Part shown: piece after piece, positions 11,654 through 26,837 of the stretch | Numbering within the stretch: the first letter of the stretch is position 1 | Layout of the letters: each line of letters begins with the position of its first letter | Origin: Octopus vulgaris | Lineage: Eukaryota | Assembly (NCBI GenBank): GCA_951406725.2 | Contig: OX597819.1 | Span: 24,242,001 to 24,306,000 of the forward strand | DNA: 64,000 nucleotides | Reading direction: 5' to 3' | Notes under the pieces: generated by a model | What the model saw: only the letters and a program-made list of their open reading frames with translations | Told to the model about the DNA's origin: nothing | The model's database searches: none | Translations under genes and position numbers: made by a program

Positions 11654-14621
11654 ATACAAAAACAAAAACACAAACAGAGAGAGAAAATCGTATACAACAG
11701 CAACAACAACAACAATTATAGGGAGAACCGACACACAAACACACACACAGATAGCCATAGTCACAAAGACACGAATAAAAGTTGTCATAGGGGTCACGAT
11801 GGAGAATAAAGTTGAATGCAACAGGATCCTTGGACAGGGAGTCAGCGGACTTGAAACAGATAACAATACTCATAGGAACAAAAATAACGACCGCAACAGG
11901 GGGATTGACAGAGACCAACAGACAGACATAAAACCCAACACTAATATAAACAACACATATACCAGAAACAGGAACAATGAATATATCACTAGCGATGATA
12001 GTAATAATGGCAATGGTAGGAATAAAGGTAATAACAATAATAGTGGTAGTAGTAGTGGTGATGGTAACAGTAGAAGTAGTAATGAGGATAGTAGTGATAG
12101 TTGTGGTGGTAATAGGAATACTAGTAGTAGTAGTAGTGGTAATGGTGATAATAATAATAGGAAGGCTGATGTTGGAAACAGTAACGATAATGAAGATAAC
12201 CCTAGAGAGACCATTGACATGTATACCCATCCCTTTGACACTCAATTCTTCAACGTATGCGACAAAACTTACTGCATGAACCGAATTTATCCAACAACAT
12301 TACCCTTCAACAAAAGAGTATACATCCCAAGACGTACTAATGACCACATGGAAGCACAGTTCACTATAGCTAGGACCAAACTTAGACAGATTTTAGGATT
12401 ATACATTAAGAGACAGAGACAGAATAAGACAGATGCCCAACAACTAGGGATTAAACCTGCATGTGGCCTACAGAAGCTCATTCAGCGCACGAGGAACGGA
12501 GAGGTGATATGCCTTCCCACGGATAAGTCCGGCAGGATGTCAATAGACAGCTTACCGAACTACATCCAGGCAATGCAACCTCATATCGCCAATACAAAAG
12601 TAACAACTGTACAGGCGCATGAGGAGAGAGAAAAGGTCCTCAATGCCCACATGATGATGTGGACAATTGTTCTGGGACCTCAGAAACGTACTGCAAAGAA
12701 TTTCCAAGCCTGGAACAATGATATCCCGGCACTGTATGGACTTCGCAAGGACCATAAAGGTTTTACTGACCCTATAGCAGGACCACCAACAAGACCAGTC
12801 TGTGGAGCGAATATCGCTAGCAATTACAGAATCTCCTACTTCCTCTCAATGATCATACGCCCTATAATCAGGATGTCACCTGATGTGTGTGACAGCACAG
12901 AAGATCTCCTAAGCAGGATCAGTGACTGTAACAAAACTTGTGACTTGACAGGATGTATAGTAGGTAGCATGGATGTGGTATCCCTATACCCATCGATTGA
13001 CGTAGATTTTGCAGTGGAGAAGTGCGTGGAGATGATCAACGAGAGCCAGGTGGAGTTCTGTAATGTCGACACAGAAGAACTGGGCCTCCTACTTAGACTG
13101 ACATATAATAGTGAATACTTAGATAAACATAATCTTAGTAGTTTCTGCCCCAGTAGATGTTTAAGAGGTAGACCGCCTACAATTACTTCTATGGCTAGGA
13201 AGACACATATAGAAAGATGGCGCGGATGGACCAGAGCCATACGGAGCCCCGCAAATGTCCATCAGGTAAAGAAAATGATCGCACATGCACTAGGAGCTAG
13301 TATAAGAGTTACCCTAAAAGGCCACACATTTAAATTTAATAATAAAATATATGCCCAGGACGAGGGGGCAGCCATCGGTGTTAGTATCGCTGGTGATGTG
13401 GCCAACCTCTTCATGGTATGGTGGGACAGAAGGCTTAAAGAATGCCTACTGCAGAAATCCATACTCGTAAACATGTACTCTCGCTATGTTGATGATATCA
13501 ATATAGTAGTAAAGGCACCCCCACAAGAGAGTACTGTTGATATAGTAATAGAAACTAATACTATGGAGAGCATCCAGCAAATAGCTAACTCCATCCACCA
13601 GAGTATTAAGGTCACAATAGACTACCCCACTAAACACCCCAACCATAGACTACCAGTACTAGACACTGAACTCTGGCTAGAAATTGTGAAAAATAAAACC
13701 CAAATCCTTCATTCATACTATGCAAAACCTATGGCCTCAAAATACCTGATCCACCGGAACTCAGCCATTGCGGGCAATGCCAAATTCAATATTTTGATGG
13801 CAGACCTCGTCAGAATAATGAGAAATGTGTCACGCATGTGCGAGCCTACAGAATTAAAGAGACACATACAGTATTTCATTCACCGCATGCAGTTCTCAGG
13901 TTACAGCCATAAAGAAAGGATCAGAGTATACAAAGGAGCCATGAAGAAATTTGATAATATATTATGTAATGATAGGAATGGGATTTGCCCACTCTATAGG
14001 AACAAGTCATGGAACACTATAGAAAGGACAAAAAAGAAAATAGGGAAGGCCAACTCTTGGTATGATAGCCATAAATACCAGAGTGTCATGTTCGTTGACA
14101 CCACCCCTGGAGGTGAACTAGCGTACCGCTTTAGAAGGACCCTAGATAAACTTAAACTAAGAATTAAGGTTGTTGAAAAGCCAGGCAACCCTATCAGATC
14201 TATAATTGGTAGAAGCTATCCTTTTAGTAGAACTCTCTGTACGGATAACTATTGCACTGTATGTAGATTTAGCCCACAAACGAACTGTAAAGCCAGAAAT
14301 GTGGTCTATAGTATAAGATGTATAGAGGGACGATGCAGTAACAAGACAGTAACATACGTAGGGGAAACTGCAAGAAGCATTGGTGAGCGGGTGAATGAAC
14401 ATTGGAGACAACTCAAGGAAGGTAAAAGCTCATCGATTCTGTACCAACACGCCGAACAAGAACACGGGGGATCAATCAATAACATAGAGATTAAGATATT
14501 GTCCACACATAGAACAGGTGCAACAATTAGACAAATTACAGAAGCTACACATATAATAGAAATTAAACCTAGCCTGAATAGAAAACTAGAATGGAGCAAT
14601 AGCGCACACCACAACATATGA
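11448..14621 (+). CDS. PLE reverse transcriptase + GIY-YIG endonuclease (1057 aa as called; true start likely joins the upstream ORF)
   Basis: TDKSG, LYGLRKDHK, PTRPVCG, GSMDVVSLYPSID (motif A), QDEGAAIG (B'), RYVDD (YVDD 13485-13496), LPVLD, Cys-rich linker CTDNYCTVC...C, VVYSIRC...YVGETARSIGERVNEH (GIY-YIG), KPSLNRKLEW. Confidence 0.93.
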   Translation: MTTTLATTTTTRKTLTAATTTQTIMTATITTVATKATRTLTAATTTTRTLTATTTITIEKNVCIDTNNRYKNKNTNRERKSYTTATTTTIIGRTDTQTHTQIAIVTKTRIKVVIGVTMENKVECNRILGQGVSGLETDNNTHRNKNNDRNRGIDRDQQTDIKPNTNINNTYTRNRNNEYITSDDSNNGNGRNKGNNNNSGSSSGDGNSRSSNEDSSDSCGGNRNTSSSSSGNGDNNNRKADVGNSNDNEDNPRETIDMYTHPFDTQFFNVCDKTYCMNRIYPTTLPFNKRVYIPRRTNDHMEAQFTIARTKLRQILGLYIKRQRQNKTDAQQLGIKPACGLQKLIQRTRNGEVICLPTDKSGRMSIDSLPNYIQAMQPHIANTKVTTVQAHEEREKVLNAHMMMWTIVLGPQKRTAKNFQAWNNDIPALYGLRKDHKGFTDPIAGPPTRPVCGANIASNYRISYFLSMIIRPIIRMSPDVCDSTEDLLSRISDCNKTCDLTGCIVGSMDVVSLYPSIDVDFAVEKCVEMINESQVEFCNVDTEELGLLLRLTYNSEYLDKHNLSSFCPSRCLRGRPPTITSMARKTHIERWRGWTRAIRSPANVHQVKKMIAHALGASIRVTLKGHTFKFNNKIYAQDEGAAIGVSIAGDVANLFMVWWDRRLKECLLQKSILVNMYSRYVDDINIVVKAPPQESTVDIVIETNTMESIQQIANSIHQSIKVTIDYPTKHPNHRLPVLDTELWLEIVKNKTQILHSYYAKPMASKYLIHRNSAIAGNAKFNILMADLVRIMRNVSRMCEPTELKRHIQYFIHRMQFSGYSHKERIRVYKGAMKKFDNILCNDRNGICPLYRNKSWNTIERTKKKIGKANSWYDSHKYQSVMFVDTTPGGELAYRFRRTLDKLKLRIKVVEKPGNPIRSIIGRSYPFSRTLCTDNYCTVCRFSPQTNCKARNVVYSIRCIEGRCSNKTVTYVGETARSIGERVNEHWRQLKEGKSSSILYQHAEQEHGGSINNIEIKILSTHRTGATIRQITEATHIIEIKPSLNRKLEWSNSAHHNI

Positions 14622-15014
14622 CAATAGTGGATCCTGCAAACATAATAAATACACAGGTAATTAAAGAAATAGAAATGAATATCTATATGTGTATATATGT
14701 GTGTATATATGTATATATATGTATATGTATATGTATATGTATGTATATATATATATGTATATGTATATTCTTTTTTTTTTTTTTTTTTCGATTAGATTTA
14801 TTATTATTATTACTAATATTGTTGTTATACATACATACAAGCATATGTAATGATAATAATGGGTGGATGTAAACACATGAACAAAATTAGAACAAAAGCA
14901 ACAACAACAAAAACAAAATACAAATTACAAGAATGTATATAACCAGAAGATACAAATATTACAGCCATCCCCCCCACACACACTAAATAAACATAGACGC
15001 ACATAGAGATATAA

Positions 15015-18205
<3,191 letters not shown>

Positions 18206-18311
18206 AGTGTGTGTGTGCGTGTGTGTGTGTGTACGTATGTATGTATATATATATATGTGAATAAATACATATCTATATGTATGTATGTATGTATGTATAT
18301 ATATGTATATA

Positions 18312-18562
18312 CCTTGATAACTTCATAGTTTTCGGCCAGTATTGTCTAACTTCTTGAACTTTATGGGGTAAGTTTCTGCGCTGTAATTCAATTTGGTGTA
18401 ATGTTAAAGAGAACGCGGCCAACTGAGGTGAAATAATTGTGCTGTGTTGTTATGTGATGTGAATGTGATTTATGTTGTGGGTGGTTAGCACGGAGCCCAA
18501 GCCTTGTATGTATCTTAAAGGTGATGCCAACATCATTTGGGCAATGCTAATGGAATATTTTC
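18312..18562 (-). mobile_element. 3' fragment of the same CR1/L2-group LINE family, inverted
   Basis: Reverse complement is similar to ~16917-17135 (ttaaaggtgatgccaacatcatttgggcaatgct) plus the ggccgaaa...tatcaa terminus. Confidence 0.75.
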
Positions 18563-18643
18563 ACACACACACACACATGTATATATATATATATGTACAT
18601 GTCTGTATACACACATATATATGTGTGTATATATATCGATATA

Positions 18644-18683
<40 letters not shown>

Positions 18684-18685
<2 letters not shown>

Positions 18686-18995
18686 TTTGTTTCAGTCAGT
18701 TGACTGTGGTTATGCTGGAACACCGCTTTTAGTCGCAAAAATCAACCTCAGGACATATTCTTTCCAAGCCTACAACACATCAACATCAGTTGTCAAGCGA
18801 TAGTGGGGGGTGAAACACAGACACGCCCCCAAATATATATTTACGTCAGGTTTCTTCCAGTTTCCGTCTACCAAATCCACTCATAAGGCTTTATTCAGTC
18901 CGAGGCTATAGTAGAAGACATTTGCCCAAAGTACCAAGCAGTGGGACTGAATCCGGAACCATATGGTTGATGAGCAAGCTACATACCATATAGCC
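18684..18995 (-). mobile_element. SINE family A copy (internally deleted)
   Basis: Reverse complement of family A head, body and tail. Confidence 0.8.
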
Positions 18996-19038
18996 GCTCT
19001 TGTCACTGTATGTACACACACATATATATATACATATA

Positions 19039-19072
<34 letters not shown>

Positions 19073-19437
19073 CTAGCAGTATCGCCCGGCGTTGCTCAGG
19101 TATGTAAGGGAAATAACTATAAAGCATTTTTAGAGAGTTATAGCCAAAAAATGGAAAAAAAATGATGGTAAATTTTTTTTTTAGTTAAAAAGGTCGAGTT
19201 GCGTCCCCTAGACAGTCTGTGGTTTGTGTTTCTGATTCTCAACCCCATGTCGAATTTATCGATTTTTTTCAGAACTGGGGGAACTTTTCAAAATTTTCGC
19301 TGCGTTAGTTTTGAATTATGACATTGGGCTATGTGTGTGTCAAGTTTCATCAGAATCGGTTGAAAGCCGTGGTCAGGGTGAGGGTACGAGAAAACAGACA
19401 CACAGAAACACGCACAGACAAACTGCCGTTTATATAT

Positions 19438-19440
<3 letters not shown>
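19073..19440 (-). mobile_element. Short non-autonomous Helitron
   Basis: Minus strand starts TCTATATATAAAC and ends GAGCAACGCCGGGCGATACTGCTAG, identical to the 3' terminus of 8506-10169; sits in (TA)n. Confidence 0.75.
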
Positions 19441-19489
<49 letters not shown>

Positions 19490-19531
19490 GTATTTATGTA
19501 CATATATGTGTATGTATATAGATGCAATATC

Positions 19532-19565
<34 letters not shown>

Positions 19566-19590
19566 CCTTATTTAAAAGCAGCAGAAATTC

Positions 19591-19643
19591 AACAAAACCT
19601 GTTACTCGGAGTTTCACGTTCCCGTTCGTCGGACAGTTTTGTT
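19591..19643 (-). ncRNA. Mirror copy of the hammerhead on the minus strand
   Basis: Follows from the perfect palindrome. Confidence 0.7.
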
Positions 19644-19650
19644 AAATTTT

Positions 19651-19703
19651 AACAAAACTGTCCGACGAACGGGAACGTGAAACTCCGAGTAACAGGTTTT
19701 GTT
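19651..19703 (+). ncRNA. Minimal type I hammerhead ribozyme (U4C core variant)
   Basis: Stem I AACAAAACTGT / ACAG-G-TTTTGTT; core CCGACGA 19662-19668; stem II ACG(GGAA)CGT; GAAA 19679-19682; stem III CTC-C-GAG; GUA cleavage triplet 19689-19691. Confidence 0.7.
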
Positions 19704-19798
19704 GAATTTCTGCTGCTTTTAAATAAAGCATATTACTCTACCCCTGGTATTGAGTACTCTTTTTTCCACCTTGTTTCACATTTATGTGTTTACTCCGG

Positions 19799-19856
<58 letters not shown>

Positions 19857-20774
19857 GCAGATAGCGGGAGAGAGAGAAGAGAAAGTGAGAGAGTAAAGAC
19901 CCCGTTCGTTCAGGGCTGACCATAGGATTGCACTTAGAAAGTTACGCTCAAAGGCACAAGACCAGGCAATATGTACGAATATTAAGTTGGAAAAAAAGGG
20001 GGGAAACCACCCTGTTTGCCATTTGCACTGTGGCGAAATTCACGACTCATTTACTCGTCTACATGTGTCGATGTAAACTACTCGAAGGTGATCAAACCAG
20101 AGAGTTAGCTAAATGAGTTTTGCACGTGTTAGAAGTAGTGTAAGATACTTCGTTTAGTTATGAAACATATGTATGTAGTCTTTATTCATCCTTTCCATTC
20201 CTTACATTCTTCGGCATATCCATTTATACATACACACACACAAGTAAACACACGCACACAGATGCACAGATATATGTATGTACATACGTATGCATCTGTG
20301 TGTTGGCTCAACAATATATACGAGTAATAATAGTAGCTTGTAAGCTTCCATCCTTTTTTCCGGAACGAAATGAAAAGTGGATATCAATTCCTGCTGAAGC
20401 TAGTTCAAATCATTTGTAAAAATATTGTCCTATGGAAAATCATGAACATAATATGAGCGTAGTTTCCTTCGTTCAATGCGCTATAATTCCTTAAAAAAGA
20501 CGTTCTATATTTATGTTTCAATACATTTTTTTTTAGTAAAGTTAGTCATAGAATTTCCGCTTAATTCTCTGGCGCCCTTCAGGTTACAATTCTACAAGAT
20601 AAATCTATGACACTTCAAATTTGTTAATGTTCTTCCTGTAACTAGAGAATAATACATTTCATATTCGTTACATTAGCCGGACCTAGAATAAGGGACGGGT
20701 GTGTGTTGAGTACGGAATCTGATTTAGCTCATATTATGAACTACGCACTTTATATTAATTAGGTCAAGAACACA

Positions 20775-20937
20775 GGCGCAGCCGTGAGTATGTGGTATGA
20801 AGATTGCTCCCCAACCACATGGTGCCGAGGTCAGTCCCACAACATAGCACTTTGGACAAGTGTCTTCTGTAATAGTCTCGAGTCGACCAAAGCGTTCTGA
20901 GTGGATTTGATAGACAGAAACTGAAAGAAGCCCGTCG

Positions 20938-21021
<84 letters not shown>

Positions 21022-21262
21022 AATGTACATGTGTGTGTGTTAGTGTGCGTGTGTGTGTATGTGTGTGTGAGTGTCTTTGTGTTTGTCCCCCACCACCTCT
21101 TGAAATTAGTGTTGGTGTATTTACATCCTCGTAACTTAGTGGTTTAGCAAAAGATACTGATGGCATAAGTACCAGGCTTAATATAAGATAAGAACTATGG
21201 TTGATTCTTGAAAGTGGTTCTCCAACATGGTCGCTGTCCAATGACTGAATCAAGTAAAAAAC
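20775..21262 (+). mobile_element. SINE family A copy (diverged)
   Basis: Colinear with other family A copies. Confidence 0.8.
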
Positions 21263-21332
21263 GAAAGAAAATAAATACTCATTCATGACAATATTTATAT
21301 ACGTCCCTTCACAAACAGATACACATCCCGTG

Positions 21333-21370
<38 letters not shown>

Positions 21371-22548
21371 ACACACACACAAACACAAACACACACACTC
21401 AAACACACTCGCACACCCTTTTCTCTCTCTCTCTCATGCCCCTCCCCCCACGAGGACATTCATCATAAATCGAGTAGCAGCACATTCTTATTGACATTCA
21501 CATACATCTCATCTCAAATACATGCGTATTCTATCCACTCACGCCCATGCTTGTATTGAGATTTCCGTCGTCCAAATTCCACTACCAAGTAAGATTTGGC
21601 AATTTCCAAGTGCAAATCTCAATTCCACTGAAGCTATCGCAGAAGAACATTTGCCCGCGGTGCGAAGACACCAGTCCATGCTTCCGTACAATTGGGATAG
21701 ATACTGGAATCCTATTGTTAGTTAACGAACTTCTCAACACTACTAACGTGTCTGTGTTGAGGTATATCATCCGTGAATGCATCTAGGACTGTATTATCCG
21801 GTATGCATCTATAATTACTATATACCCATCCGATGAGTCCAGTTATTTTTACGAAGGTAGAGTATAACTTGTGAGAGAATTGCCTGCTATTTCTAGCAGA
21901 TCGGGTGACCATATAGAGACTCTCTCCTGTGGTTGGTGTCAATTATAAACTTACTTTAAACACGTCACGGTTTGAAAGAATGTTTTTTCTCTTTACTCGC
22001 GGGAGTGGGTGAGGGTGATTGGTTAGGGGAATTGTCCCACACACAGCACCGAGATGGTTTCATAATAAGGCTTGATCCGCCATGAAGTTCTTGTCGCACA
22101 ATATGACTACCAATAAATATGAATGCGAAAGGCTGCCAACCGAGCGCTTATTACTGCGAAATCTTTTAGCTTCTGTAAGATTATTACAGAAGACTGGAAC
22201 CATGCCGTTTTTCATGACATACATCTAAACACGGTGTAGATTGAATTCCACTGTAAAACGAGAATGTTTATTATTCATTCTTGTCGTGGTCTGTATATAA
22301 AGGCGAGAATTTACAAAACATCGCCATTTGTTTTCTGATAATTCCTTTTGATAAATGCGACAGCAGCTGAGGTAATGAAAGCGTTACTTTTCCTACTTTA
22401 TAAATAGAAGTCCCTTGTTCGATTCCTGTCTGAAGCTGTATCCAGGCATGTATCTAGAAAAAAACGACACATTAACGATCGAAGATCAAACCGGTCCCAC
22501 AAGGTAGCACCCTGGACAAGTGAATAAACTCTACATGTGAAGTACGTT

Positions 22549-22758
22549 ATTCTTTTATTCTTTTACTTGTTTTAGTCATCCGACTGCTGCCATGCTGGAG
22601 TACCGCCTTTTAGTCGAGCAAATCGACCCCAGGACTTATTCTTTGTAAGCCTAGTACTTATTCTATTGACCTCTTTTGCCGAACCGCTAAGTTACGGGGA
22701 CCTAAACACACCATCATCGGTTGTCAAGCGAATGGGGGGGGGCAAACACAGACACACA

Positions 22759-22807
<49 letters not shown>

Positions 22808-23030
22808 ATATATATGTATATATCTATATACATACATCTATATATATATATACATATATATACATATATACGACGGGCTTTCAGTTTCCGTCTACCAAAT
22901 CCACTCACAAGGCTATCGTCGGCCGGAGGCTAGAGTCGAAGACACTTGCCCAAGGTGCCACGCAGTTGGACTGAACCCAGAACCATGTTGTTGGCAAGCA
23001 AGTTTCTTACCACACAGCCACTCCCGCGCC
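22549..23030 (-). mobile_element. SINE family A copy
   Basis: Full-length reverse complement copy. Confidence 0.85.
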
Positions 23031-23276
23031 TAATCTAATAAACAATAATTATTAACAATAAATTATCTCAAACATTTAGATATTTATAACCTTTACCTGC
23101 TCCAATGAAATTAGCGACATTAACATCAAAAATGTTAAATAGCTCTCCTCTCATCCTTCCTCCCCCTCTTCTTCCTCCTCTCACTTACTTCAAACTCTCC
23201 CCCACCTTTCCTTCTCATCCTGGTCGTCGTCGATGTCTTTAAGATTGTCATCATTATTATCCCTACTCTTATCTGA

Positions 23277-23590
23277 AGGCGCGTGGCTTAGTGGTTAAGG
23301 TATTCGGCTCACGATCTTGAGTTCGATTTCCGGTGGCACGTTCAGACCTTAAACAAGACATTTTATTTCACGCTGTTGCAGTCCACTCAGCTGGCAAAAA
23401 TGAGCCTGTATGTGTAATTCAAAGGGCCAGCCTTGTCACTCTCAGTGTCATGTTGAATCTCCCTGAGAATTACGTTAAGTGTAAGCGTGCTTGTGGTGTA
23501 CTCAGCCACTTGCATGTTAATTTCACGAGCTGCCTGTTTCCATTGACCAGATCAACTGAAACCTTTCTGGTCGTAATCGACGTATTGTCA
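23277..23590 (+). mobile_element. tRNA-derived SINE family B (CORE-like centre)
   Basis: TGGCTTAGTGG A-box, GTTCGATT B-box, cagtccactcagctggcaaaaatgag centre. Copies at 32090-32405, 42167-42482, 52232-52548, 56598-56895. Confidence 0.8.
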
Positions 23591-24979
23591 GATTTTCTTT
23601 TCTCTTTTATCATTACTCTCACCATTATTATCAACAATTGTAAGTTACTTCTATGTGGCCTCACGATCTACTAAACATGGCAACCAAACCTCTCTGAAAT
23701 TACATCCTACATTCTAGAGCAACAAAAGAACATACCACATTAAAAAGATTGCCATAGTGATGGAACACCAATCAAGATTGACCTTGGATAAGCAACAACA
23801 TCAACAACATTAAGTGAAGGATTGATGGAACTGGAACAGCAAGGGACTGAGCACTCTTCCTAACGTAGTTCCGCCCGTTTGCCTTATGAATCCAAACAGC
23901 AACAGGCTTGATTTTTTCCATTCCTATGCTGGATGAATGAAACAAAATAGAAAGCAAACAAAATAAAAGAAAGCAAAACAAAATAAAACAACAAAAATAT
24001 ACCTCTATGCGTTTCAACAGCAGTATCAACCATTCAAGAATTTGGACCAGGAGATCTCCATTTCCAGCGACTTCGAGGGCCACTTCCAAGTGGTGTCGGG
24101 CGTCAACGAAGAGTCCTCGACTACAAGACGACGAAATTTTTTTTTTCCAAGGTCTGGGGTCTCCCACCCCTAAGCCCTAGATCATCATCTAATCACCCTT
24201 ACCCATCTTAACAACACCAACAGCAGTATCAGTTTTACTGTATTTTATAGTAAACTGTAAAATTTTAAACTATTTCTTAGGATTAGTGTAAAGGTCAGGA
24301 TGACCAAATCCTAAAAGCCCATACCTAGTTCTGACTGATGATAGCTTTAATCAAATATATTCAAGTCACGACCACTTCATCCCTTTCAAAGATACAATGC
24401 ACTTAGGTCTGCTTGTTCAGGGTCGACCAGAAGTTTAGCAACAACAGCCCATCGATTTGTAGGTTTTGTGCTTAAATGTTCAAAATGTCATCGCCTATGT
24501 ATTCTGTCTCCATGAAAGACGTTTATTTCTCTTTCTCATAAACCAATTAAATATTGATAATGTTTCACTGAAGAGGTCACAATAATGCCGAAACATAGTT
24601 ATCATCAGAATTACCGAAGATCTAAATTTCTATCTAATTGCTATTCAATTGACATTTTGGGAGTTTTCTCCCTTGACACTTTTGACAACAATTTTCATAA
24701 ACACTAGTGAAAATTCTCATTACGGTGATAATTTTCATTTAATTAAAAAATATTTGGTTCAGCACATCATGTAAGGTAGCCCATATGCATCTACGTGCAA
24801 ATTTAGATGGATTACGTGAATAAGAATGGTAGCTTCTTCACTCGTCGCGGCAATTGAACAAATCGAGTTCTTGAGACCTCCCAGAACATTTTATCTGGTC
24901 ATAAGACTGTTAAGAGTCACTATAGACTCTTTAATGACAACGATTATTCCTATCTCTCCACCACATCTCTTTCTGTTTC

Positions 24980-25030
<51 letters not shown>

Positions 25031-26057
25031 ATCTACAATAGAATGAATAAATTAATAAATTTAACGCAAGAAATAATCTCTCTCCAGTTTCGTTTTTACA
25101 ACCGTCACTATTCTCTCTCCCATCCCTTCCTCCCTCTCTTTCCCTCTCATTTCTCCCCCTCCCCCTCTCCCTCCCACCTTCCCCTCCCCCTCCCTCACTC
25201 TCCCTCACTCTCCCTCTCTGTCTCTCTGTCTCTCCCACTCATCTTCGTTACACATTTAGTATGTATGAGGTTCTGAAGTGCAGGAAAAAAAGAAGAAGAA
25301 AGAGACGAGATAAAATACGTTAGTAATTAATAAGCAGGCTTCTTCATTAATAACGATATGTCCTGAATTAATGACTCTGCAATCCATAATGAGTGAAACT
25401 AAGTTCGTTGATTATATTTGTGTTTTCTTGAACATTTTCACACATGACACATCTGGAGAATGAATACTTGCACTTAATGCATATTGGCATAGAAAACACC
25501 ACATCTTGGACAGCGTATATGATAACACGAACGGCTGATAAGCAAGGACTGGCGAATGACTTAGCTTAGACTGGAGTCGATGTCATTGATTGACCCCTCC
25601 CCAAAAATTTCGAGCCTTGTGCCTAGAGTAGAAAAGAATAAGTATTAAATTGAAAACTGATAAACTTATGGCAGAAAACAGGGAAATGCCGTGTTTTTCA
25701 CTCCAAAATTTAAAAATAGACGGTGTCTTAAATTTCAACAACTGAGTTGTCACATTCAGTTGTAAACACTTCTAATAAAGCTTTTATTTTTGCAGGATTT
25801 TTATTTTAATTAAATTAATCTATCATACCAGTTGATAGAAATAAAAACATCTTAACACACGCGTGCTCACATACACACACATTCACACTCACCCGCATAT
25901 TAATGCATTTGTTCGCGCGTGGATGTACGTGAGTATTAGAATGTGTATGACAAATACAAGCATAGTCACGTACACAGATTCCTTTACACAGCACATGTGT
26001 ACACACACACAAAACTATCTATCTGTCTCTCTATCTATTTCTCCCTCTCTCTCTCTC

Positions 26058-26147
<90 letters not shown>

Positions 26148-26837
26148 TTTGTGTGTGTGTGTGTGTACACACATGCATATTTATATGTATACTTACATTG
26201 GTAAACAAGCGCATACACACATACACACCTATGGCTCAAATTCTTTGAAATTTTTTCTCTGGTCTGCTGTCAGCGAGGCAGACGTGACAAAATTCTGCGA
26301 GACGCTGAAGAGATTGAATAATTCGAGAATACAAAAGGCCTCTAAAATGCACTTAGTTGACACGGAGATATTCTTCACACATCTGTGAAATGGTGTATGT
26401 GTGACTTGACAGTGGTGGTAAGGCAGCTGATGATGAACAACCTTTTGATGTGATTCATACACTCACAACCACATATATACGTACATATACAAACTACGGC
26501 ATAGTAATATTTAAAGCACAAAAAAGGCTCTAGCGGTATATAGATACGCCTCTCCTATGTATGTACTGATTTCGAATACGGTTACGGTTCATTTTTGCCT
26601 TTCACACTTCCAGAATCAGTCAAATAAGTACTAATAAAGTACTTGGAACGCTATACTCTAGTACACACCTCTCTAAAAATATGAGAACGGGTCCTTACTT
26701 AGAAATCGCTGCGAATAGATGTTCTTTTAATTTCGACCGTATCAAAATATTGGATAATGTATGAGATATTGTCGACAAAAGAGATTCTATGATTAATGAA
26801 TAACTAGTTTTTTGCTGTTTTTGCTATTATTATTTAA

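Larger units (their letters stand above)
19566..19800. mobile_element. Solo fold-back pLTR-like element: perfect 159-bp palindrome plus ~70-bp tail, in (TA)n
   Basis: Arms 19568-19646 and 19648-19726 are exact reverse complements around T19647. A related copy lacking the centre lies at 61808-61915. Confidence 0.85.

Noticed and set aside
11448-14621. Selenocysteine recoding, as reported for some Naiad PLEs
   Set aside because: No internal TGA. The terminal TGA comes after the last endonuclease motif and is followed closely by TAG.
14618-14872. ORF coupled to the PLE stop by an ATGA overlap
   Set aside because: Mostly microsatellite and poly-T translation in the 3' UTR.
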